From the IMG/VR virus record IMGVR_UViG_3300042868_005761, positions 32,001 through 96,000 of that record: DNA of 64,000 nucleotides, one strand, 5' to 3'. The first letter of the stretch is position 1. Every line of letters starts with the position of its first letter. The notes beneath the pieces were generated by a model. The model was not told the DNA's origin. It saw only the letters and a list, made by a program, of their open reading frames with translations, and made no database searches. The DNA is from a virus. Position numbers and translations under genes: made by a program. Of the stretch, positions 45,204 to 53,111 are shown piece after piece.

Positions 45204-45577
45204 TGGAACCCATTGACTTTGATAATCCTGTTACTGCTATTCAACCAGCAACAGATAGCCTAGACGCCCCCAGAACAAGACGCATATACGGCGATGAAGC
45301 TAATATGCTAAGAATGCATAATGCATATAGACCTAATCCAGGTGGCAAGTACGATATTGACCGTCTCTATCGCAAGAGAGCAGAGTACGAACTAAGACAA
45401 TTGCAAAACGCAATTTTCAAAGAGAGGACTCTATACTGCGAAGAGAATGGAATTTCATTTATGGATTTCCAAAGTCAAGCTGCCGAAGACCCTTCAGTTA
45501 TGGAGACTTTATACGCAAGAGCAATAGTCAAGATCCCAAGAACCTGCAAGACAATTCTTGGAAACAATTATAAGTAA
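45203..45577 (+). CDS. Hypothetical protein
   Basis: AAGGAG RBS, TAATG coupling. Confidence 0.7.
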   Translation: MEPIDFDNPVTAIQPATDSLDAPRTRRIYGDEANMLRMHNAYRPNPGGKYDIDRLYRKRAEYELRQLQNAIFKERTLYCEENGISFMDFQSQAAEDPSVMETLYARAIVKIPRTCKTILGNNYK

Positions 45578-45599
45578 TATTTAATTTATTGAGGTAAAG

Positions 45600-46160
45600 A
45601 TGTCAGATTATATTTATGTTTTAGCAACAAACAGAGACACTGCTAATTTGATGACAGCTAAGATGTCTTCTAATTACGAAGCTAAAACACTTGATTTATT
45701 TTTCAATATTCCAGATAATTTTCTTCTGCTTGGCAGACAGAATAGCGAAGATCAATTAACTTATATGATTCCACTTGGATTCAAGACTTACGCTCCACAT
45801 GGTGCGGATATGCTTCTACTTCCTAGGAGTAGCTCTGGTAATCTACGTAAGCTTGCTCCGACTATAGATGACCCTCCTTACCTTGAGGCTTGTAAAAATG
45901 CTAATATTAAAGTCTTTGATGCAGATGCAATTCATCTATCCAACACAATGGGCTACATTGATTGGGATTATAGAAACGAATGGCAGTCTTTAGTCTATGT
46001 AGATAGAGACTTCAGGGTTGACTCTAATAGGGCCTATCTTCAAGCTATTCCGATGGAGCCTACTAAGTTTTCATTTAAACTTGTAGATGATATTAGTCAG
46101 ATCCCTAAAGAGTATCTTAATACTCAAAGAGGAGAGAATGGATTTGGTAGTTCAGGCTAA
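45600..46160 (+). CDS. dut: Trimeric dUTPase
   Basis: PRSS, GYIDWDYR, C-terminal RGENGFGSSG. Confidence 0.85.
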   Translation: MSDYIYVLATNRDTANLMTAKMSSNYEAKTLDLFFNIPDNFLLLGRQNSEDQLTYMIPLGFKTYAPHGADMLLLPRSSSGNLRKLAPTIDDPPYLEACKNANIKVFDADAIHLSNTMGYIDWDYRNEWQSLVYVDRDFRVDSNRAYLQAIPMEPTKFSFKLVDDISQIPKEYLNTQRGENGFGSSG

Positions 46161-46168
46161 GGATATAC

Positions 46169-46474
46169 ATGGCAACTTTTAATAAATACTTTGGATCACT
46201 TCAAGTAACAGACGGTAATCAATATGAGCTAACGAATGCAATGCCGAATCCAACTGGCAAAACTATTGTTAAACATATTTGTACTGTCACAAAAGGATTT
46301 CGAACATTCTGTATGGTTACGATTGAAACAGGGCCAGATCAGAAGTGGTACCTGAACGAGACAACTAGTGGGCAGTTCGAAGTAATCCAGGATGACGAAG
46401 AGTATAAAGAAATAGCCAAGTTTGTTGATGATTGGCTTAGTGATATAAGTGGCATTAAATTTGGTAAAGAATGA
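46169..46474 (+). CDS. Hypothetical protein
   Basis: AAGGA RBS. Confidence 0.65.
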   Translation: MATFNKYFGSLQVTDGNQYELTNAMPNPTGKTIVKHICTVTKGFRTFCMVTIETGPDQKWYLNETTSGQFEVIQDDEEYKEIAKFVDDWLSDISGIKFGKE

Positions 46475-47031
46475 TTTATCAAGATAGTGCTAGTCAATAT
46501 CATAAAGCAATGGGCGCTCTCCTTGAAGAGTTAAATTTAACTGGCCTTGGTATTTACCAGGAACAGAATGTTAAGGAGATTTGCCCAGATCATCCTAATC
46601 CTTTAGATAGATTTGATTTTTATATACCTGCTCTTAGCCTTGTTGTTGAGGTGCATGGCGAGCAACACTATAAAGCTGTTAGATTTGGTGGTATCTCAGA
46701 AGAGAAGGCATCTTTTAACTTTGCAAAAGGTTCTTTACGTGATGTAGAGAAAGCCCTGTCTGCCAAAAGATCGGGGCTTATCTACATTGCTTTTAGTTAT
46801 AAAGATAACTTTACGCAGGAAGTGTTTGACAACAAACACAAAGAAGCTATACTTGAACTTGGGAATCATGGCTTTACAAAAATTGCCGTGGAACCTAATC
46901 AAGATATCCTTGATCATAAAAAACTTGTATCTTCTATGAGTAAAGAATATACAAAGCGTATATACCAAGAACAGAAAGAGAACGGGAATACCGGATTCAA
47001 ATCGAATACAGGATTCTTCAAAAAGAAATAA
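46471..47031 (+). CDS. Vsr/DUF559-like PD-(D/E)XK endonuclease
   Basis: RFDFYIP, EVHGEQHY, RDVEK. Confidence 0.75.
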   Translation: MIYQDSASQYHKAMGALLEELNLTGLGIYQEQNVKEICPDHPNPLDRFDFYIPALSLVVEVHGEQHYKAVRFGGISEEKASFNFAKGSLRDVEKALSAKRSGLIYIAFSYKDNFTQEVFDNKHKEAILELGNHGFTKIAVEPNQDILDHKKLVSSMSKEYTKRIYQEQKENGNTGFKSNTGFFKKK

Positions 47032-47039
47032 GGAATTGC

Positions 47040-47582
47040 TTGAGTCAAGTTAGCCTATTTAGAATTGTTATTGATGGCGAACCTATTAGCAAAAGCAATG
47101 CTACTATGAGTAGGTTTAATTGGAAGACAAAGAAAAGTGAAGTTTACGTACCTGAAAAGTTTCTAGACTATGAGAAGCTTATTACTCATCAGATAGATCA
47201 ATATCTTAATGAGTTCCCAGGTGTTGAACGGCCGCTTTTCAAAGTTGGTCCAGTTCAGATGAACATACATTACTTCCTAGGCACTAAGCGACGCAAAGAC
47301 TTACCTAATCTTCCAAAGACAACCTGTGACGCTTTGACTGGTCAAGTCTATGGAGACGATTGTCAGATTGTTTCCATGACCTTATTCAAGCATTATGATC
47401 CACTCAACCCTAGGGTAGTAATCGAAGTCTTACCTATCCTAGATGGAGTAGAGTATCCCATTCCCAATACTTTATTGGCGACTGAGGATCAGAAGAAAAC
47501 CAAGCCAAAGAAAAAGTCTACAGATGCAAAACCTACCAAAAGTAAAAATACTCGTAAACCTAGAAAAAAATCTAATAAATAA
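47040..47582 (+). CDS. rusA: RusA-family Holliday junction resolvase
   Basis: GEPISK, DLPNLPKTTCDAL, DDCQI, PRVVIEV; Lys-rich tail. Confidence 0.85.
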   Translation: MSQVSLFRIVIDGEPISKSNATMSRFNWKTKKSEVYVPEKFLDYEKLITHQIDQYLNEFPGVERPLFKVGPVQMNIHYFLGTKRRKDLPNLPKTTCDALTGQVYGDDCQIVSMTLFKHYDPLNPRVVIEVLPILDGVEYPIPNTLLATEDQKKTKPKKKSTDAKPTKSKNTRKPRKKSNK

Positions 47583-47610
47583 GTTAGATATAATAAAAAA
47601 ATATGATAAA

Positions 47611-47748
47611 ATGCCACCCACTCTTCGTTCATTTGTGAGATCTTACTTTTTAGGAATGACTCAAATTGAAATACAAGACATTATGTCTATTACAGTAAAT
47701 GAGTATAAACAACTAAAACAAGAAATGATAAATATATTAAATGATTAA
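47611..47748 (+). CDS. Small sigma-region-4/LuxR-like HTH protein
   Basis: MPPTLRSFVRSYFLGMTQIEIQDIMSIT pattern; start uncertain (ORF open from 47524). Confidence 0.45.
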   Translation: MPPTLRSFVRSYFLGMTQIEIQDIMSITVNEYKQLKQEMINILND

Positions 47749-47757
47749 GGAGATAAA

Positions 47758-48477
47758 ATGGCAAAAGCAAAAGGCATGTTACCTGTTGTAAGTGGAAGAC
47801 CAAATGGTGAAGAGCTATTGACAGAAGAACTAAGGCGCGAGCTACAAGATCAGCCTGAGATTAAAAACATTATTGTTAACGCAACTTCACAAACAGACAT
47901 TGTAAACAAGATGAAAGAGTTTGCACCTGTAAGTTCAAACATTCATGTTTTTACAAATCCTGCTCTTCTAGTGCCAAGCGGAGAAGTATTCTTAAAGCAA
48001 GAACTACTTACTACCAGTATCCATACTGCAATTAGTTCCTATGGTAGCCTTACTGAGTTGCGCCTAGTTTGTGGCCCAAGTTATGATTATATTCCCGTTA
48101 AGCATGAGATTGCTAACCCTACCAGGATTAGTAAGATTGATGCTGCTGAACTAATTAGTAAATTAGTTTATACTAATCCAAAAGCAATTGGGTTTAGTTA
48201 CCGTCAAGACTCTAAAGTTGTAGATGGTAATACCCGCTGGTTTTGGACCTTAGATATTTTTATTAGCAGAGACAAGACAAGACAAGACCTTCTAAGCGAA
48301 CACCTTATTAAGGAGCCTGAACTTAAGGCTAAGCTTGATAAGGAATGGATTGCGAGAAAGGAAGAGCTTGCTACCTTTGGTAATCCTGAAAAAGTTTATA
48401 ATGCTTTAAAGAAAGATATTTATAAGAATGTTGCCTGGAACCCTGCATATTACGCAGTTGTTCTTCCCACTAATTAA
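47758..48477 (+). CDS. Hypothetical protein
   Basis: AAGGAG RBS, 239 aa. Confidence 0.7.
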   Translation: MAKAKGMLPVVSGRPNGEELLTEELRRELQDQPEIKNIIVNATSQTDIVNKMKEFAPVSSNIHVFTNPALLVPSGEVFLKQELLTTSIHTAISSYGSLTELRLVCGPSYDYIPVKHEIANPTRISKIDAAELISKLVYTNPKAIGFSYRQDSKVVDGNTRWFWTLDIFISRDKTRQDLLSEHLIKEPELKAKLDKEWIARKEELATFGNPEKVYNALKKDIYKNVAWNPAYYAVVLPTN

Positions 48478-48491
48478 GAATGGAGATTAAA

Positions 48492-49025
48492 ATGAATAAG
48501 ATTAAGTTTACCCTAGTTTCGTTTCTTGCTACCCTACTTGTAGCTTCAACTGCTTACGCTACTGAGTGCGTCACCACTGCAGATTGCGCTACCGGCGAAG
48601 TCTGTGCTGCTGTTGCTAGTGCAGAGTGTCCTCCTTGTGCCGAAGGCTCAGCCTGTGACTCTTGTGCTACCGAGCTACTTGCTTGTGTCCCAGAGGAAGT
48701 TCCTGCTCCTTGCGATACCGCTACTTCAGGTTCCGGTTCAGGTTCTGAGGGCTCAGCTGCCGTTGATCCTGATTGTGGATCTGGAGAAGCTGATGCTGGT
48801 GGTTCAGGTTCAGGTGAAGTCACTCCCGTAGATGGTAGTGGTGCTGACGCTGGTGCTGACACTGCTCTTACTGAGACTGATGGTAGCGGCTCAGGAGCGG
48901 CCGCCACTGCCGATAAAAGCAAGGACCAGTCTGGGTGTTCAGTGGTTTCTAATACTGCTGGCGTCTTCGGTCTTTTTGCTATAATTGGCGCTGTGGTTTT
49001 CTTCCGCAGACGTAACAATATCTAA
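48492..49025 (+). CDS. Secreted Cys-rich surface protein with a MYXO-CTERM-like C-terminal sorting signal
   Basis: Sec signal peptide ending AYA; 10 Cys in the ectodomain; G/S/D linker; SGCSV, TM helix, then RRR. Confidence 0.8.
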   Translation: MNKIKFTLVSFLATLLVASTAYATECVTTADCATGEVCAAVASAECPPCAEGSACDSCATELLACVPEEVPAPCDTATSGSGSGSEGSAAVDPDCGSGEADAGGSGSGEVTPVDGSGADAGADTALTETDGSGSGAAATADKSKDQSGCSVVSNTAGVFGLFAIIGAVVFFRRRNNI

Positions 49026-49107
49026 TGAATGGCGATAAAAACGCCTTCTTACATGGTGTTGTAGCCATACTCATTTTTATTATTTTTCGTTATTGTTAAG
49101 GTGAAAT

Positions 49108-49572
49108 ATGGAATCAGATATTAAATTAGTAGATCTACGTACGCAGTCTTTAAGAGTAGTAAAGGAGTGCATTAAGATTGCAGAGTCTCTTGGCGCTACA
49201 TCTTTTCGTTTTTATGTTAATCCAACATATATTCGCAATGGTTTAGTAGTCACTAGCATTGTAAAACTAATTGGCGAAGCTCCTCCTGATACTCAGTATC
49301 TAATTGACTTGGCTGGTCTAAAGAATCTTAAGGCTACTGTTGACTTTGCCAAGAAGGTTCTTATCGACGATGGCGAGGCAAACGTAGAAGAGCGTGAAGA
49401 GCTTTTTGTTCCAGCTGTTACTGAAGCTGCTATTGAGTCAGAGAAGGAAGAAGATTCAACATCTATGCCAACACAGAAGTCTGCTTCTAAGAAGCGTGGC
49501 CGTAAGAAAGTTGCCGTAGAAAGCGATGAGCCTTCTGATTCTGATGATCTAGAAACTGAGGAGTCTGAATAA
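49108..49572 (+). CDS. Hypothetical protein with acidic/basic disordered tail
   Basis: AAGGTG RBS. Confidence 0.7.
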   Translation: MESDIKLVDLRTQSLRVVKECIKIAESLGATSFRFYVNPTYIRNGLVVTSIVKLIGEAPPDTQYLIDLAGLKNLKATVDFAKKVLIDDGEANVEEREELFVPAVTEAAIESEKEEDSTSMPTQKSASKKRGRKKVAVESDEPSDSDDLETEESE

Positions 49573-49988
49573 TGCCTGGTTTAACTTATGGTGAAAAAGT
49601 TAATACGGAAATGCTGACTTACAATCACAGCGAGTTTTTTGGACTTGCTGAACTTCCATTTATTACAAATGGAGCAGGAGATGGTAGTCAAGCTACTATA
49701 ATTAATTGCAGTAGCCTTAGTGCATCTCAGGGTCGCTCAAAAAGCATAAGAGTCCAAGCTTCCGATAGTGGAAACCTACCTATTGTTTTTAATCTTTGGT
49801 TTGGTTGCAATCTACCTGAGATTGAACAAGCAATACTTACTGGTACTCCTGCTCAAATACTTTCTATAGGAAGCGTTGATATGACATTTCCAATTGGAAC
49901 AGAATACTTTGCTATTGATTACGATGCTGCTTTAAGTGGTGTATCAATAGCACCTGAGACATTAACAATGTCGATTACAATCGTCTAA
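49572..49988 (+). CDS. Hypothetical protein
   Basis: GAGGAG RBS, TAATG coupling. Confidence 0.7.
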   Translation: MPGLTYGEKVNTEMLTYNHSEFFGLAELPFITNGAGDGSQATIINCSSLSASQGRSKSIRVQASDSGNLPIVFNLWFGCNLPEIEQAILTGTPAQILSIGSVDMTFPIGTEYFAIDYDAALSGVSIAPETLTMSITIV

Positions 49989-50000
49989 ATTGAAATAGAC

Positions 50001-50045
50001 AAAAGAAAACCCCAGTCATTGATTTGGCTGGGGTTTTTTATTTCT
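50001..50045. terminator. Bidirectional rho-independent terminator between the convergent arms
   Basis: AAAACCCCAGTCA-TTGATT-TGGCTGGGGTTTT flanked by A-runs and T-runs. Confidence 0.88.
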
Positions 50046-50057
50046 ATCTAATCTAGT

Positions 50058-50258
50058 CTACTTATTTTCAAGTTTCTCAACTCTAGCAGTTAGATCAAAT
50101 AGCTTGCTGTTCATATCTTTTTGTTCTTGCTCTAGCACTGCTTTCAGAGCTCCTACTTGGCGCAGTTTAGGAATACCTTCAATAATCTTTTGAAGATCAT
50201 TGATACGTTTTTCAATAGCACCAATTCTTTCTAGAATATAGTTATTATCAATAGCCAT
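50058..50258 (-). CDS. Small coiled-coil protein at the end of the lysis region
   Basis: Heptad pattern; GGAGGAG RBS. Confidence 0.7.
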   Translation of the reverse strand: MAIDNNYILERIGAIEKRINDLQKIIEGIPKLRQVGALKAVLEQEQKDMNSKLFDLTARVEKLENK

Positions 50259-50557
50259 TACTCCTCCACCTTATCTTCTTTTATTTTTGTATCCGTGCCT
50301 CTTGTTCTATCTATAACATTAGCACCCATATATAATCCTACAAGTCCTACAAAAGCAGTAGTAAATACATCGTCGCCCATTAGCTGAGGAATGATGTAAA
50401 GACCAGTAGCTTGTCCCACTGGACTCATAAGATATAAAAATGTTAACGTATGCAAGGCCCAGTATACCAGGCCAAGCTTACGACTAATATAGCTACTCTT
50501 GTCCCCAAGAAAAGCTCCACTAAATCTTTTGAAGAGTATAGCGGAAAGATTAAACAT
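50258..50557 (-). CDS. Putative holin
   Basis: Two hydrophobic segments, SRKL motif, charged C-terminus; follows the endolysin. Confidence 0.6.
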   Translation of the reverse strand: MFNLSAILFKRFSGAFLGDKSSYISRKLGLVYWALHTLTFLYLMSPVGQATGLYIIPQLMGDDVFTTAFVGLVGLYMGANVIDRTRGTDTKIKEDKVEE

Positions 50558-51102
50558 TATTTCTTACCTAGGTAACGCACAAATCCCACAAGCTTAGCTT
50601 CGTCAAGGTTACGCGAGCGATGATAGACACCGCCACCTTCACGGCTACCGGCCTCATTAGTGTTGCCTTCTATTGTGCCAAACTTAGTAGCGCTAAACAT
50701 AATGCCATCACATATACCAACATGGCCAGTATGTCCTTTAATAAGTCCAGACTGCACTCTTGGTACTTTGACCGGATCACTGCATAGAACAAAAAGATCA
50801 CCTGGCTCAATCTTGAACTTACCAGCTTTTACATCAGCTGGAAGAAAACGTACAAAGTCTTCACGAGTTCTATTACGCGCCCAAAAGCCCATTATAGCTG
50901 AGCTTTGCTTGCCAGCAGGGTTAGCACCAGGATAGGCTTGTCCAAAGACCCAAGCAACAAATGCAGCGCACCAGGCACCACCTACAAGCCAAGCACCAAC
51001 GTACTTCTGAAACTCTTCAACACGAGGTCCGCGGTTACTGTTAGTTGGAATTTCACGCACACCAACTTCTTTTAAAGCAATATCTACAAGATTTTGATTC
51101 AT
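50557..51102 (-). CDS. CHAP-domain endolysin/amidase
   Basis: AWCAAFVAW, PGDL, GHVGI, TIEGNT. Confidence 0.88.
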   Translation of the reverse strand: MNQNLVDIALKEVGVREIPTNSNRGPRVEEFQKYVGAWLVGGAWCAAFVAWVFGQAYPGANPAGKQSSAIMGFWARNRTREDFVRFLPADVKAGKFKIEPGDLFVLCSDPVKVPRVQSGLIKGHTGHVGICDGIMFSATKFGTIEGNTNEAGSREGGGVYHRSRNLDEAKLVGFVRYLGKK

Positions 51103-51121
51103 AACAATCCTTTTTTAAACG

Positions 51122-52720
51122 CTAGGTCGGCTGTCCTGCCGGTGGTGTAGGTACTGCACAGGGTTGTTCAGTTCCCATAAATCTTAAAATAACATTAAAT
51201 TTATGTTTATCAGAATTAATTTTATGCTGTTGTGAGGTTAGTCCTCTACCGTCTGTTGCACCAATAGATTTAAGATCAGCACTTCTCATTTTGCTATATC
51301 TTGCAGGCCAACTTCCATCAGGTCCTGGATCTGTCCATTCAGGTATATTATGATAATACCAAGCAGCATTCTCTGCTGTTTGATTTTGCCATCCATAAAC
51401 ATTTCTTCCATTACTATCTTGTACTCTTGCTGAGTAGTTCTCAACATTTGAGTACCAACCTGGAACAGTTGTTCCACCATTTCCTTCTATTGAGTAGAAA
51501 ACAAAGTTTTTACCAGTTGCTTCAAACGGGATAACACCTCCGCTTGTTGAAACTAAACTCCTAACCATAGCAATATGACTAAGGCTTAGACTTGATCCTT
51601 TCCCATAAAGGCCATTGTAGTATTTCAATGCTAGCTCTGAGGTAAGCTGCGATGGATCAGTAATTTCTCTATTCATAACGCGAAGACATTGAACAAAATC
51701 AGGACTTCCAATTTTAGGTTTATTGTCCATAAAGAAGTATAAGTCTCCTTGTTGAAGATGTTCTCTTCCATTCAATACATCTTGGACTGTAATCTGTTTC
51801 CATCTTTTGTCTTTGAAAGATCCACCCCATATACCACTGCAACTTCCAAAGTTTCCAGTACCTCGAACTGGAGACGTAAAAGTGGGCTCTCCTTTACTAA
51901 CTGACAAATAGTCTGCCCAATAGTCTGACAGTGCAGTCTGCAAAAAAGCACACCACATACCTAATGAAGGAGTAGGGGCTGGCCCTTGTAAGTCATCATT
52001 GCCTACTCTCCGGGCTCCACTTAAAGCCTGGGCTAAGTTGCTAGTAGAACTATTCATTGTTGTGGAAACTAATGTAATTGGCGGAGTATTAGGTGGCAAA
52101 TCTAGTCCGTCATCAGGATATTGTCCACTTTCACTTGGATTTGATTTTGATAGACATTCTATATATATAGGAGAAGAAATAGCTACATTAGGAATTAGTA
52201 AACCATTTTGCTCATCGCTTTCATCTTCTGGATAATTAAATTTTATTTTAAAAACAAAAGCAAAAGATCCTGCATATGGAGAGTCTATATATTCTTGTTT
52301 ATCTGCCTTTACTAGTCCACCTTTATTCCTTAAAGAGCCAATTTTTTGCGAGGCTGAGCCTGCTCCTAAAAGCGTAAAATGCCCACCTCGCAAATATCCA
52401 CTTCCAATATTTGGATATCTTTCTCCGATCGGATCACTAACATAATTTCCAGAAATATAAGGAGGGGCCCATGCATTTTTTGTTGCTTCTGAGTCTACCT
52501 TTAAGGTGTATAGCTTATGAGATGGGCTAGACCCATCTTCTCCATTTATATAAATACCTGACTCAGAAGGGTTAAACCCATATGGGGAATACACATAAAA
52601 AGATAAAGGAATACCTACGTCATCTATAACTTGGCTATTATGCTTAACAAGAACAGAAAAAATTTCCTCACTAAAGGAAAACTGATCAACTAATGTTCCG
52701 TCTGTAGGATTTGGTAACAT
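51122..52720 (-). CDS. Protein with C-terminal expanded CHAP-like domain
   Basis: MWCAFL, QGDLYFF, SHIAMV and YSIEGN in the correct order. Confidence 0.65.
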   Translation of the reverse strand: MLPNPTDGTLVDQFSFSEEIFSVLVKHNSQVIDDVGIPLSFYVYSPYGFNPSESGIYINGEDGSSPSHKLYTLKVDSEATKNAWAPPYISGNYVSDPIGERYPNIGSGYLRGGHFTLLGAGSASQKIGSLRNKGGLVKADKQEYIDSPYAGSFAFVFKIKFNYPEDESDEQNGLLIPNVAISSPIYIECLSKSNPSESGQYPDDGLDLPPNTPPITLVSTTMNSSTSNLAQALSGARRVGNDDLQGPAPTPSLGMWCAFLQTALSDYWADYLSVSKGEPTFTSPVRGTGNFGSCSGIWGGSFKDKRWKQITVQDVLNGREHLQQGDLYFFMDNKPKIGSPDFVQCLRVMNREITDPSQLTSELALKYYNGLYGKGSSLSLSHIAMVRSLVSTSGGVIPFEATGKNFVFYSIEGNGGTTVPGWYSNVENYSARVQDSNGRNVYGWQNQTAENAAWYYHNIPEWTDPGPDGSWPARYSKMRSADLKSIGATDGRGLTSQQHKINSDKHKFNVILRFMGTEQPCAVPTPPAGQPT

Positions 52721-52721
52721 C

Positions 52722-53102
52722 TTATATGTTTCCTTTTAGTCGTTTTTCCGCATATACTCTTCTTGTATTTGCACCACCACTATTAAGCATACTTATATCT
52801 TTTAGAATTGGTTCTATATTCTTTACATTTACTTTTCTATAATAATGGTACCAGTAAGGAACTGCTGTAGTTGGAAGACTTCCCCCTGGACCTGGATTAA
52901 TTCCTATTCCAGTTTCAAGATCTACAAATCTAAAACCCTCAGGTGACTTAAAACTTAAATCTTCCCATGGTCCAAAAACGCCACTTCGTCTACTAAGTGA
53001 CGTATCATGGTTAAATTTTTCATCTGGTCCAAGGAATATTTCACCTATTTCTACTAGTTTTTCATAGTCAGCTTGAGTTAATGTTATGTTTACATTTGCC
53101 AT
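52722..53102 (-). CDS. Hypothetical protein
   Basis: AAGGAG RBS. Confidence 0.65.
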   Translation of the reverse strand: MANVNITLTQADYEKLVEIGEIFLGPDEKFNHDTSLSRRSGVFGPWEDLSFKSPEGFRFVDLETGIGINPGPGGSLPTTAVPYWYHYYRKVNVKNIEPILKDISMLNSGGANTRRVYAEKRLKGNI

Positions 53103-53111
53103 AATATCTCC

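Noticed and set aside
18827-46160. Uracil- or hydroxymethyluracil-substituted genome
   Set aside because: UDG, dUTPase and ThyX together indicate ordinary thymine DNA
48554-49018. 154-aa antisense ORF and other short overlapping or antisense ORFs in the track (e.g. 750-1232, 2462-3112, 29316-29753)
   Set aside because: Shadows of well-supported genes on the coding strand, with no RBS or motif support
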